Source of the DNA: Octopus bimaculoides
Lineage: Eukaryota
Reading direction: 5' to 3'
DNA: 64,000 nucleotides
Assembly: GCF_001194135.2 (NCBI RefSeq)
Contig: NC_068999.1
Location: 17,976,946-18,040,945 of the forward strand
Under the pieces are notes generated by a model. It was not told the origin of the DNA. It saw only the letters and a program-made list of their open reading frames with translations, and searched no databases. Below, in pieces: positions 1 to 12,738 of the stretch. Both the position numbers and the translations under genes were made by a program. How positions within the stretch are numbered: the first letter of the stretch is position 1; the number at the start of each line of letters is the position of its first letter.

Positions 1-95
1 ATATATATATATATATATATATATATATACTCACACACACACACGTGGGGAAGCTAAGAAGTTCTTGGATATAAGGCTATCGTCTTATATTTCTT

Positions 96-562
96 GTTTA
101 CTTATTCATTCACTTGTTTGCGTCATAAGACTGGGGTCGTGCTGGAGCATCACCTTGCGTGTGATTGTAGTCGATGAAATCGTTCCAAGGACTTAGTTAG
201 CTTAATACTTATTCTGTCGCGTTCTATTGTCGAACTGCTAAGTTACCTGAGACGTAAACACACCAACACCGGTTGTCAAGTGAGGATGAGGGGAACGAAT
301 ACAGACTCAAAGACGCACGCACACACACACACACACACACTTACACACAACCGCACACACCCACACATACCCACACACATACACACACACATGCATACGA
401 CTGGCTCCTTTCAATTTTCGTCTACCAAATCGGCAAATCGACTCGTAAAGCTTTTGTCCGCCGAAGCAATAGTAGAATGCAGTTGTCGAAGGTGCCACGC
501 AATGGGACTGAAACCGAAACCATGAGGTTGGGAAGCAAGCTTCTTACCACATAGCAACGCCT
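96..562 (-). mobile_element. tRNA-derived SINE, family A (microsatellite-containing), near full length
   Basis: Body 96-310, a (CA)n spacer, then 397-562. The reverse complement of 397-562 gives a tRNA-like head (..TGGTAAGAAGCTTGCTTCCCAACCTCATGGTTTCGGTTTCAGTCCC..). The same two-part sequence recurs at 5830, 11584, 12119, 24331, 33560, 50937 and 55855. Confidence 0.8.
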
Positions 563-589
563 GCTAAAAGCCTGATTAGGCGCCTAACA

Positions 590-1900
590 TTCCCAGGGCT
601 TACGAAAACTGATGGACTCCTGCAACTCCCCTCAGTCCTAAAATCTATTATGGAAAGTGTCTCCTATCGGATCTCCTCACTATCTGCTAATAAGGACCTA
701 TTCGATCAGTATGCTGAAAATTCTCAATCGAATACATCTCCACGTGGGATATTTCTCGATCGACTAAACACAGAATTCAAACCAGTACCGCACCCTCATA
801 TAGTGAACGTAACCCCGCCCTCTTCCATCCCTCCAATACCTGCCCAAATTTCAGTGTAACAGACAACCTAACAAACAGTGATCCTTCTAGACTGCCCCAA
901 ATTCTATATGCATAACAACTCACCATAACAAAAACCAACGTCCATTAACACAACATAATCCCAGCTTTATATATATATNNNNNNNNNNNNNNNNNNNNNN
1001 NNNNNNNNNNNNNNNNNNNNNNNNNNNNNNNNNNNNNNNNNNNNNNNNNNNNNNNNNNNNNNNNNNNNNNNNNNNNNNNNNNNNNNNNNNNNNNNNNNNN
1101 NNNNNNNNNNNNNNNNNNNNNNNNNNNNNNNNNNNNNNNNNNNNNNNNNNNNNNNNNNNNNNNNNNNNNNNNNNNNNNNNNNNNNNNNNNNNNNNNNNNN
1201 NNNNNNNNNNNATATATATATATATATAAACCGAAATGACCAGTTGACCCCCTTAACAACACCAACCCTCATAACTCCAACAATAATTCCTCTACTAACA
1301 CCTGATGCTTCAATTTACCATTACACCCAAATACATCTCTCGCAAAAATAGAGATCGACACAGAAAATACCACCGGGCACAATAATTATCATATCATAAA
1401 ACCCCACAACGCCACTCCCAACTCCTTAATAAATACTAATCTTAAGGCCGGCAGTAATAACGAACCTCACACCAGTTCCTTACTAAATAATAATCTCTTC
1501 ACAAGTTCATCCGACCTATGCTTCATACAACCTATGCAACTGTAGATGCTCTGCCTCCTGTCCTTTAGATAACTGCTGTCTCACAAAAAAGCATCTTTAT
1601 AAGTGTACAGTATCAACTGCCAACTGTAACTGCATATATATCGGCCTATGAAGCACCACCTTGAAAGCTAGAGTAAGCAACAACTACTTTAGTTTTAAGC
1701 CCCAAACAAAATTCAACTCCTTACACTCTCTAGTTTTCCATAGTCACCCACGCCAAGCCATACAGCAGCTATAAGGGTGATCTATGCATAGCCGAGGTCT
1801 TAGCTATTTTGTAGTCCACGGATTATCTTAATGAAAGCAGCAGCATAATTTTTGCCTACATACATCGATCAACAACATCCCCACCTCATCTCTTCCATTA
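590..1900 (+). mobile_element. Penelope-like retroelement relic: RT thumb, linker and GIY-YIG endonuclease (degenerate, split by a TA repeat and gap)
   Basis: Manual translation of 1532-1690 gives LCNCRCSASCPLDNCCLTKKHLYKCTVSTANCNCIYIGL*STTLKARVSNNYFSFK. This matches the PLE pattern CNCR..CPL..C..Y...V....YIG....FK.R..NH..SF, with YIG at 1637-1645. The frame leading into ORF 650-859 reads LPSVLKSIMESVSYRISSLSANKDLF, resembling the PLE thumb (HPP.I.K.IP.SI..RIS.LSSN..IF). Confidence 0.7.
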
Positions 1901-3316
1901 ACCTACATACATTTTCCCTGTTATCTACTCTCCGTACCACTATATACTACTCCAACAATATTTCTTCCCTTTGATTTCCTATTGTAATTTACACACTTCT
2001 CTCTGTATTTTTCCTTACCAGTTAAATTGTTTTCTCTTATTTCACCTGTTTCTCTCTCTTAACGGCATTCGTAAACTTACAAGTACATACGTCAACATAC
2101 ACTTCTACTACTTCATACTGTAAACACGCTCACCGCGCACAATATACATTATTCAATTGCAAGCCAGTACCATCTGCCACGTTTCTTCCCCATTCTCTCT
2201 TGCTTTCTTCTTGCATATATATATATATATANNNNNNNNNNNNNNNNNNNNNNNNNNNNNNNNNNNNNNNNNNNNNNNNNNNNNNNNNNNNNNNNNNNNN
2301 NNNNNNNNNNNNNNNNNNNNNNNNNNNNNNNNNNNNNNNNNNNNNNNNNNNNNNNNNNNNNNNNNNNNNNNNNNNNNNNNNNNNNNNNNNNNNNNNNNNN
2401 NNNNNNNNNNNNNNNNNNNNNNNNNNNNNNNNNNNNNNNNNNNNNNNNNNNNNNNNNNNNNNNNNNNNNNNNNNNNNNNNNNNNNNNNNNNNNNNNNNNN
2501 NNNNNNNNNNNNNNNNNNNNNNNNNNNNNNNNNNNNNNNNNNNNNNNNNNNNNNNNNNNNNNNNNNNNNNNNNNNNNNNNNNNNNNNNNNNNNNNNNNNN
2601 NNNNNNNNNNNNNNNNNNNNNNNNNNNNTATATATATATATATTTAGCTCGTGTTGACCAAAAACATTTACCTCCCCCCTCCCCACATTATTTACGTTTT
2701 TAAAACCACACCTCTTGCTAATTTCTGCGATTCAGCCAAAACAATCCCATTGAAAACTACCGGTCAAATGACCTTGCTTAAATTCCTCATTCCTCATATT
2801 CCTTTATATTGTTTCTTTCTTCCTTCCTCCAATCCTTATTACTTTCTACATTTATATTCCCCTCTTCTAATCTGCTCTCTACACATTCTGATTGACTTTT
2901 CCTTGCGTTCCACATGTACCTCCTGGCGCCAATATAAATTTTCATTTAATCAAGATATCCTTGTCCTTTAGAGTAGCGTGGATATTTACTACTTCTGAAA
3001 TTCTATTCGCTATGAAACATATATAGCCGGGATCTCATCGACTTCATTCCTTAACTCTTGTATGTTTATTCTCAAATCCGCCTACATTGGTCGCCGTGAA
3101 ATATAAATAGAACTTTTTTCAGCTGATTGCACTTCCATACGAAAAAACTCCACAATCTTCCACCTCAATGAACCATTATTGTCTCTGAAAGTCGTGTTTT
3201 TTACATTTACTACGCATAGCTTGAAGCTAACTTTCTTCGTATGATCCCTGGATCATACACACACAAACACATTTATACACACACATACAATTATACACAC
3301 TAAAACACACACCCAC

Positions 3317-3349
<33 letters not shown>

Positions 3350-3979
3350 NNNNNNNNNNNNNNNNNNNNNNNNNNNNNNNNNNNNNNNNNNNNNNNNNNN
3401 NNNNNNNNNNNNNNNNNNNNNNNNNNNNNNNNNNNNNNNNNNNNNNNNNNNNNNNNNNNNNNNNNNNNNNNNNNNNNNNNNNNNNNNNNNNNNNNNNNNN
3501 NNNNNNNNNNNNNNNNNNNNNNNNNNNNNNNNNNNNNNNNNNNNNNNNNNNNNNNNNNNNNNNNNNNNNNNNNNNNNNNNNNNNNNNNNNNNNNNNNNNN
3601 NNNNNNNNNNNNNNNNNNNNNNNNNNNNNNNNNNNNNNNNNNNNNNNNNNNNNNNNNNNNNNNNNNNNNNNNNNNNNNNNNNNNNNNNNNNNNNNNNNNN
3701 NNNNNNNNNNNNNNNNNNNNNNNNNNNNNNNNNNNNNNNNNNNNNNNNNNNNNNNNNNNNNNNNNNNNNNNNNNNNNNNNNNNNNNNNNNNNNNNNNNNN
3801 NNNNNNNNNNNNNNNNNNNNNNNNNNNNNNNNNNNNNNNNNNNNNNNNNNNNNNNNNNNNNNNNNNNNNNNNNNNNNNNNNNNNNNNNNNNNNNNNNNNN
3901 NNNNNNNNNNNNNNNNNNNNNNNNNNNNNNNNNNNNNNNNNNNNNNNNNNNNNNNNNNNNNNNNNNNNNNNNNNNNNNN

Positions 3980-4016
<37 letters not shown>

Positions 4017-4490
4017 TTATATATATATGTGTGTGTGTGTGCGTGTGTGTGTGTGTGTGTGTTTTTACAGTGACGAAAAATCAGTAATCTCGAAAAACTG
4101 AAAACGCAATAATAAATCTCATGAAAGAGGTATAAAGTGAAGACATCGTGAAGTATATTTGCCACTTAAATATAGCTAACCTTAAGGGTCGATGCTATCG
4201 TAGCTTATAGCGTCAGGAAGACATCTCCTCATATATATATATACATATATATATATAACTCCAAATCCAAAAGGTTTCACCAGTTAAGGCAATGCCTGAC
4301 TGCAATCCGATGAAGTCACATTTTTTTTGTGGCTTTGAAGTAACAACTCAGAACACTATTCTTGTATATGAATAATGAATTTGTACTCTACAAATATAAT
4401 GAACAATCCATCAGATTAATATAAAATTGTTTTATTATAACTAAGTATAAACGAATATATTGATCTCTCTCCCTCTCTGTATATATATAA

Positions 4491-4552
<62 letters not shown>

Positions 4553-5459
4553 TTATACACTCACACAGTCACACTCACACATATGCATACAAACACACAC
4601 ACACACACACACACATACATATATATATATTTATAAGTTTTTATAGGTGTGCGAGTATAAGAGTGTGTGAATGTACATGCATGTATTTACCTTTTAACTT
4701 AGGCTGCTGAATATATAAAATATCTATTAATATCGCGTGTATTCATACGTGTTCGTGCATTTATATTCTTCGTCAATCTTGTTCCATGCACGAAAGTACA
4801 AAGGAATCTATTTTTTCTCTCCTTTCTTGCACCTACTTAATCTGTTTCATGGATTGCTAAACCATGAACTTCCGAGCTATACATAAGGTTTTAGGAAGAT
4901 TAGATGACAGGTCATCGTTTCAATTCCATGACTTTTACAGTTTATAAATGGATGCGTTTGGATAACGATAAGATTACATCTGATTGTGTCAGCCATACGC
5001 TCAGTATATTTAATCTCGAATGCATGCATGCCGTTAGACACTATATTACATTTCATACTTGTTTAGCGATTAGAAATCATATTCACAGAATAGTAAAAAA
5101 TGAATAAATAAAATAATATATTGAATCTTATATAAATACTATGCCGAATAATCCTCGTCTCATTAATAGGCTTAGAACGAATGTGATATGTTAGCTACTT
5201 ATGTCAGAATAAGTTATGAGAATTCACGATCCTGCTTCGCAATGATGAATTTGTAGGAAGATAATTACGTACCTATGGCTACTTATTCTTCTTTAAGGTA
5301 GATTGTATGCTTTATATAGAGTACGTCATTGGGAGTGATAGTCACGTATGGTTGTTTTCTTTTATATAGACCCGATCCATTGGTAGTATTTAAGTAATGA
5401 TGATCTTTATAACAAAATGTACATCATTTCTATACATATGTACATCACCTCTAACAATC

Positions 5460-5469
5460 TCTATCTCTC

Positions 5470-5509
<40 letters not shown>

Positions 5510-5740
5510 GCTGACTAACTATTTATCTATCTATCTAGGGATCAAGCAATCAATCAATCAATTATCCAATCAATCTATCCATCCATCCATCCATCCATCT
5601 ATCGATCAATCTGTCTGTTTGTCTGTCTATCTGTCTGTCAATGTACGTATGTATATATATATCTATCTATTTATCTATCTCTCTATCTATTTATTCATTT
5701 ATTTATCTGTATATTTATCTATCTATCTGCCTCATTTTTA
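5460..5740. repeat. Compound (TCTA/TCAA/TCCA/TCTG)n microsatellite
   Basis: Tandem tetranucleotide runs visible directly. Confidence 0.9.
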
Positions 5741-5829
5741 TCTATCATGTTATGATAAAACACTTCATGTTATTGATCCCGATCCATCTATTGACCCCAT
5801 TTTTATATATAATTCATTAAGAAGCACTT

Positions 5830-6075
5830 CTTTAGTTTCTATGGTCAAGCGACTCGTCCTCAGTAACTATTTTGCAAAATCTGTTACTTTGTATACCGGT
5901 CACTTAGCCGAAACATTGCATTATGGGCAAGTAAACAAACGGTTTTTCAAGCGATAGTGGGCAGAAAAACTTAACCCAAGAAACACATAAACTCTATGCA
6001 ATTGAGAAGCCTCCAGACTGTTTTCGTGAATCCAATTTGTTCTAAATGCGTTGTTCGCCCGAGCAGAAGCGATGA
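5830..6075 (-). mobile_element. SINE family A, heavily degraded copy
   Basis: TAGCCGAAACATTGCATTATGGGCAAGTAAACAAACGGTTTTTCAAGCGATAGTGGG aligns by eye with TGGCCGAACAGCTAATTTACGGGGACGTAA..CGGTTGTCAAGCGATGG of the 12119 copy. Confidence 0.45.
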
Positions 6076-6744
6076 TCCTAAAAACACTCATTAGTGTAGA
6101 TAGTTACACACATCTATTAACTTGCGTGAGGTTGTGAGAGAAGGAGAAAGAGTGCATGTGTGTGTAAGAGCGAGGGGGTGAGAAAGTGTGTGTGTGTCTC
6201 TGTGTCTCTGTGTTCCTGCATCTCCTTCTTAGTGAACACAAATCTTGTTTTATAGATGTACAATTTATTTTATAACTATACCAAGTTTCTTTCAACATAT
6301 TTTATCATATCAGGTACCAAACGATTATGCATTTCTCATAAGTGTTCTTTGTGGTCCGTTGGAATTTTTTTCTTTCAATATTCTCTCCTTAACAACATAT
6401 ATGATATCCTTCCTCTGTATAAGTTTACACTGGGAATTCTCTTTAAGCAGTACTGCTAGGCCATCATTTCTATACAATCTGGATAGTTTAGGTATACTAT
6501 TCTTATCAGTATCCGTCACGATGATGAGAATCCCCACACAAAATGTCAAATACTGTGTGTCCATACATTATTCTATGCATATAATTATTAATATATCTTG
6601 ATTAAATAGTGTTATTAGCAGAATTATTAGACTCGGTGGTAAAGGATTATATTATTTTTGAATCGTTTATGCGCTGAGCCAAAACCTGGCTGAGACCAGC
6701 TAAGCATTTAATCACACCATGTCTGAAAATTAAAATATTAATTT

Positions 6745-6850
6745 TGTTTAACTAAAGATCTTGCAACAACAAAAGGTCTTGCGATTTGATTAAGTAAAGG
6801 TCTTGTTTAACTAAAGGTCTTGCGATTTGATTGACTAACGGTCTTGCAAT
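6745..6850. repeat. Short minisatellite built on AAAGGTCTTG units
   Basis: AAAG(G/A)TCTTG or a close variant occurs five times; GGTCTTGCGATTTGATT occurs twice. Confidence 0.8.
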
Positions 6851-9286
6851 ACTAGGGTTCTAGTGACTTTGATAGTTACAATTGTACTATTTCTCCGCGA
6901 GTAGAATAAGAAATATATCAGGCTACATTAAGCGACGAAAACTACCTCTTAATTTGTTTACAAATGAAATGATATATGTAACTCCATTTTCATAATACAT
7001 ATTTACTAACTTAGAAATAATATGTGAGCCTAAAGAGGCTATATTCACAGGTAGAATTCGTCAAAAATACATTCGTGCATACAGTTAAATCAATACGAGC
7101 ATTTGTTTAAATACATCGACAGCAGAAATATAATGTTGATTAATAATTTCAGTGTGACTATAATCGAAATTGTGTGTATATATATATATATATATATNNN
7201 NNNNNNNNNNNNNNNNNNNNNNNNNNNNNNNNNNNNNNNNNNNNNNNNNNNNNNNNNNNNNNNNNNNNNNNNNNNNNNNNNNNNNNNNNNNNNNNNNNTA
7301 TATATATAAGAAGACAAGATAACAGCTACAAATGTTGGAGATGTTGCTATTGATAGAGAGCTAGAATCACTTGGCTGTTAATACTGAAGTGTATGTAGGG
7401 AGGACACAATGTAGCTACGGCAACTGTTAATGAGGCCGGCGTCTTGATCTATACACTTAAATAGTTTACTCACTCATAAATGGACATATTTACTGTTTCA
7501 TAAACAAACACAAACGCACAAATACAAACCGACAGAAGCATCATAACATATAGACGCAGAGTCTTACACACGCATACGTACTAAAACATAACCAAATGTG
7601 TATGTGTGTATGTTTATACTGGTGTGTGGGCATGTATTTATACAGTGAATAAGATGTCTTATAGTCCAATATGCGTAATAATCTAATCAGAGTTGTTGCT
7701 AATGCTTACTAACTATGAATCTATCTTACACACAATGCTTTTCAAATGTGCGAGTATTGATTGTATTCACAATGCTCGAATGTTCTAGGATGAAAATCCA
7801 GACACACCGGAATTGTATATCTGGCATCGCTATTGACAATTCCGATTATGTAGCTTAGATTCCAAGAATAACATGAAAATGCCAATCAGTCATGTCGATT
7901 TATTTTATCCCCAAACACTTCAATGCAATTTCAATGAGTTTAGAATGAACAACCAGCAAACCAATAACGTTTTCTGGGCTGCGGTCTATTTTCTTTATTC
8001 GTGAAACACTACACTCAAATTGCAGTTTGGATGAGCAACATTCTGATTAAGTGTTTCATAGATTTTCAAAAGGAATTTTACTGTACATTCATAAATGTTA
8101 TGCGTGAACATGTATAATGTATTATTGTGAACACGGTATATTTGCATACATACATACAAATATACATCCATATCGCTCTCTGTCTCTCTGTCACTCTGTC
8201 TCTCTCTATCTCTCTCTCTCTTTATATATATATATATATCTATATATANNNNNNNNNNNNNNNNNNNNNNNNNNNNNNNNNNNNNNNNNNNNNNNNNNNN
8301 NNNNNNNNNNNNNNNNNNNNNNNNNNNNNNNNNNNNNNNNNNNNNNNNNNNNNNNNNNNNNNNNNNNNNNNNNNNNNNNNNNNNNNNNNNNNNNNNNNNN
8401 NNNNNNNNNNNNNNNNNNNNNNNNNNNNNNNNNNNNNNNNNNNNNNNNNNNNNNNNNNNNNNNNNNNNNNNNNNNNNNNNNNNNNNNNNNNATATATATA
8501 CATACATAAACATATTTAAATATATATATACATATATACATTTATACCCATATTCATATGTACTTATATGCATACATAAACTCACAGAAACAAATATGCG
8601 AACGCGCAAGTCTTTGTGTTTGCGTGTATGCGTGTGTGAGTGTGCATGTGTGTCTTGGCGTGTGTGCATGAATGAGTGGGAATATCAGCAAATATATGTT
8701 GTATCTCAGATATATAAAATCTGCACACAAGCATGAATGCATACGCAATCTGTTTCACACAAATATGGATACGCACATATACTTAGAGACACACATTCAT
8801 ATTTCCATGTAACACTCGCAGAAGAGAGGATATTAAAATATTTCCTAAATTTTATTCTAATATTCTTATAAGCAGTGAAGCACAACACGGATTCATAAAC
8901 TTTCCTTGTACTCTTTGCATCAATTTTAAACGCAAGTATTTTATTATGAATAGAAAATCATTGAAAAGGAAGAAAGCCATGCAGAGCTGTAGGAATTGAT
9001 ATACGCTTGACTCGTTCTCACATATTTCCGACGCATTGCAACTAAGAACGTTAGACAAAACTAGTAAAGATTACATCTGTGGTAGCGTATGCATATCTGT
9101 CTTTCCTTACGTCCCAAACATATTCAAATATACATGAAAATACTTATAAATCTCTGAAATATGAACATATTATTGGATGGTATATCTGTCCTCTCTCTGT
9201 CTCTCTCTACGCACACATATGCACATGTAAGCATATATATACGTATATATGCGGACACACGTATGCACATATACGGATATCTATAC

Positions 9287-9319
<33 letters not shown>

Positions 9320-10198
9320 CATGTATGTACATATATATATGTGTGTGTGTGTATCTAGATATATGTATATATGTTTATTTATGTTTATATATGTTTATAT
9401 ACATGTATATATATATATATATATNNNNNNNNNNNNNNNNNNNNNNNNNNNNNNNNNNNNNNNNNNNNNNNNNNNNNNNNNNNNNNNNNNNNNNNNNNNN
9501 NNNNNNNNNNNNNNNNNNNNNNNNNNNNNNNNNNNNNNNNNNNNNNNNNNNNNNNNNNNNNNNNNNNNNNNNNNNNNNNNNNNNNNNNNNNNNNNNNNNN
9601 NNNNNNNNNNNNNNNNNNNNNNNNNNNNNNNNNNNNNNNNNNNNNNNNNNNNNNNNNNNNNNNNNNNNNNNNNNNNNNNNNNNNNNNNNNNNNNNNNNNN
9701 NNNNNNNNNNNNNNNNNNNNNNNNNNNNNNNNNNNNNNNNNNNNNNNNNNNNNNNNNNNNNNNNNNNNNNNNNNNNNNNNNNNNNNNNNNNNNNNNNNNN
9801 NNNNNNNNNNNNNNNNNNNNNNNNNNNNNNNNNNNNNNNNNNNNNNNNNNNNATATATATATATATATATATATATACATAGATAAATAGATAGATAGAT
9901 ACAAACATACGTACATACATACAAACATACATACATTGATACGCAAATAAGATTCCTAAAGAATATTTACCGTAAACAAAAATTTACCCCTCCTTATATC
10001 ATATTCTATAGAATTAAATAGTAATACACAGAATTAGTAATTCTGTGTATTCATGTGCCTCCCTCTAAGAATGTATTATTATATTAATATATACATATGT
10101 GCATGTGTGTATATGTGTGTGTATGTGCGTGTGCGCGTCAGTGTGTATATACATACATATATGTATACATACAAACATACTTGCATATAAATATTTAT

Positions 10199-10254
<56 letters not shown>

Positions 10255-10530
10255 GCAGACACACATGTATGTGTATGCAGAAATATATACAACACTGGAG
10301 CGTGTCTTTCACGTCGAGATTAGATACAGTATATTCACCATGTCGTATCACCTATTTTACCAGCTGACTAAGTGCTGATATATATATTCAATCGTACTTG
10401 TAAAAAACTAAAAATCACTTTCTCCGTAAATTATCGACATGATTTTGTTGTTGATGAGTTACATTATCGCGGGAGAGAATTCACATCCTATATTCATATT
10501 ATATTTTCCATTTTTCTCTCCAACAAGCAG

Positions 10531-10653
10531 AACCGAAACCTGCTCTTCACCACAACTACAATACATACATTCACCAACCATTCTTCATAACGTGCTATAC
10601 ACTACAATCGAAGAAATAACACATCACGATTCCCATCGTCAGCAAATTCAATA
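10531..10653 (+). other. Candidate internal coding exon of an unknown host gene
   Basis: Pyrimidine tract, then a CAAG/CAG acceptor (10527/10530) and a GTAAGT donor at 10654. Length 123 nt (phase 2-2). One open frame: TETCSSPQLQYIHSPTILHNVLYTTIEEITHHDSHRQQIQ. No homology recognised. Confidence 0.25.
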
Positions 10654-10919
10654 GTAAGTGAACCTCAAAATAATGATTTCTTTAGGCCTGCATTACAACT
10701 AATTCGTCCACTTGCTTCAACATGTCCTGTAACCGTTATATCTTTCCTTCTACCATATGTACTTCTTAATAACTACATACCTTTTCTGCGAATTTATATA
10801 ACCAGTTAAATCAAACCTGCAAGCAATTCACGTGTCTGATGAGCCAATCTATTTTTATGGATTATATTGATAGGGTACATTTTATCCCCCTCTATCTCTC
10901 TATCTATCTGTATATCTAT

Positions 10920-10951
<32 letters not shown>

Positions 10952-11583
10952 CTATCATTATATTTATCTATCTATATCTCTGTATATATATGTATTTTTA
11001 TGTGTGTGTATGTATGTATATATATATATATANNNNNNNNNNNNNNNNNNNNNNNNNNNNNNNNNNNNNNNNNNNNNNNNNNNNNNNNNNNNNNNNNNNN
11101 NNNNNNNNNNNNNNNNNNNNNNNNNNNNNNNNNNNNNNNNNNNNNNNNNNNNNNNNNNNNNNNNNNNNNNNNNNNNNNNNNNNNNNNNNNNNNNNNNNNN
11201 NNNNNNNNNNNNNNNNNNNNNNNNNNNNNNNNNNNNNNNNNNNNNNNNNNNNNNNNNNNNNNNNNNNNNNNNNNNNNNNNNNNNNNNNNNNNNNNNNNNN
11301 NNNNNNNNNNNNNNNNNNNNNNNNNNNNNNNNNNNNNNNNNNNNNNNNNNNNNNNNNNNNNNNNNNNNNNNNNNNNNNNNNNNNNNNNNNNNNNNNNNNN
11401 NNNNNNNNNNNNNNNNNNNNNNNNNNNNNNNNNNNNNNNNNNNNNNNNNNNNNNNNNNNNNNNNNNNNNNNNNNNNNNNNNNNNNNNNNNNNNNNNNNNN
11501 NNNNNNNNNNNNNNNNNNNNNNNNNNNNNNNNNNNNNNNNNNNNNNNNNNNNNNNNNNNNNNNNNNNNNNNNNNNNNNNNNNN

Positions 11584-11829
11584 GAACACACCAACATCGA
11601 TTGTCAAACAATGATTGTCAAACAATCGATTGTCAAACAATGACAGACAGACACACACACACACATACACACATATATACATATATAAACGACAGGCTTC
11701 TTTCAGTTTCCGTCTACTAAATCCACTCAAGGCTTTGGTCAGTCCGAGGCTATAATAAAGATACTTGCCCAAAGTACCACGCAGTAGGACTGAACTGGGA
11801 ACCATGTTGTTGGTAATCAAGCTACTAAC

Positions 11830-11830
<1 letters not shown>
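11584..11830 (-). mobile_element. SINE family A, partial (rest in gap)
   Basis: GACAGGCTTCTTTCAGTTTCCGTCTACTAAATCCACTC..GATACTTGCCCAAAGTACCACGCAGTAGGACTGAAC matches the other copies. Confidence 0.8.

Positions 11831-11894
<64 letters not shown>
11831..11894. repeat. (AGAT)n microsatellite
   Basis: Perfect tandem run directly abutting the SINE head. Confidence 0.95.
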
Positions 11895-12118
11895 GCGTCT
11901 GTGTTTGTATATATGCGTGCAAACGTAGTTGATACAGTCTCAGTCACACACAACTATGCTGACAAAAATACGTAAACATATGTAATATCATACTCATTTG
12001 GTCAATACCACGTATTGACCAAATCTGCTTTTATAATCTCTTTCTCTTGGCATATATGTTCACATCTGCCGACTAGCATGAGTATTTCTGTGTATCATTT
12101 GGTTTCAATGTGTACTGC

Positions 12119-12738
12119 TTTATTCTTTTATTCTTTTACTTGTTTCAGTCGTCTCACTGCCGCCATGCTGTGAACTGCCTTTAGTCGAACAAATTGACCC
12201 AGATCTTATTCTTTGTAAGCTTAGAACTTATTCTATCGGTGTCTTTGGCCGAACAGCTAATTTACGGGGACGTAATTGCACCAGCATCGGTTGTCAAGCG
12301 ATGGACAAACATACATACACACACACACACACATGCACGCACACACACACACACACACCCNNNNNNNNNNNNNNNNNNNNNNNNNNNNNNNNNNNNNNNN
12401 NNNNNNNNNNNNNNNNNNNNNNNNNNNNNNNNNNNNNNNNNNNNNNNNNNNNNNNNNNNNNNNNNNNNNNNNNNNNNNNNNNNNNNNNNNNNNNNNNNNN
12501 NNNNNNNNNNNNNNNNNNNNNNNNNNNNNNNNNNNNNNNNNNNNNNNNNNNNNNNNNNNNNTATATATATATATATATATATATATATGCGACGTGCTTC
12601 TTTCAGTTTCCCTCAACCAAATCCATTCACAAAGCTCTGGTCGGCTCGAGGTTGTAGTAGAATACGCTTGGCTAATGCGCCACGCAGTGTGACTGAAGAT
12701 GGAGCCATGTGATTGGTAAGCAAGCTACCACCACACAG
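12119..12738 (-). mobile_element. SINE family A, full length with internal CA/TA repeat and gap
   Basis: Both halves present. The (TTCTTTTA)n-like end at 12119-12140 is an A-rich tail on the minus strand. tRNA-like head at 12680-12738. Confidence 0.85.

Noticed and set aside
5895-5920. GCCGAAAC as a possible hammerhead core
   Set aside because: No upstream CTGANGA; explained by the degraded SINE family A body.
6745-6850. CRISPR-like repeat-spacer array (also considered for 62800-63810)
   Set aside because: Repeats are irregular, spacers are not unique or of constant length, the context is eukaryotic, and no cas genes are present.
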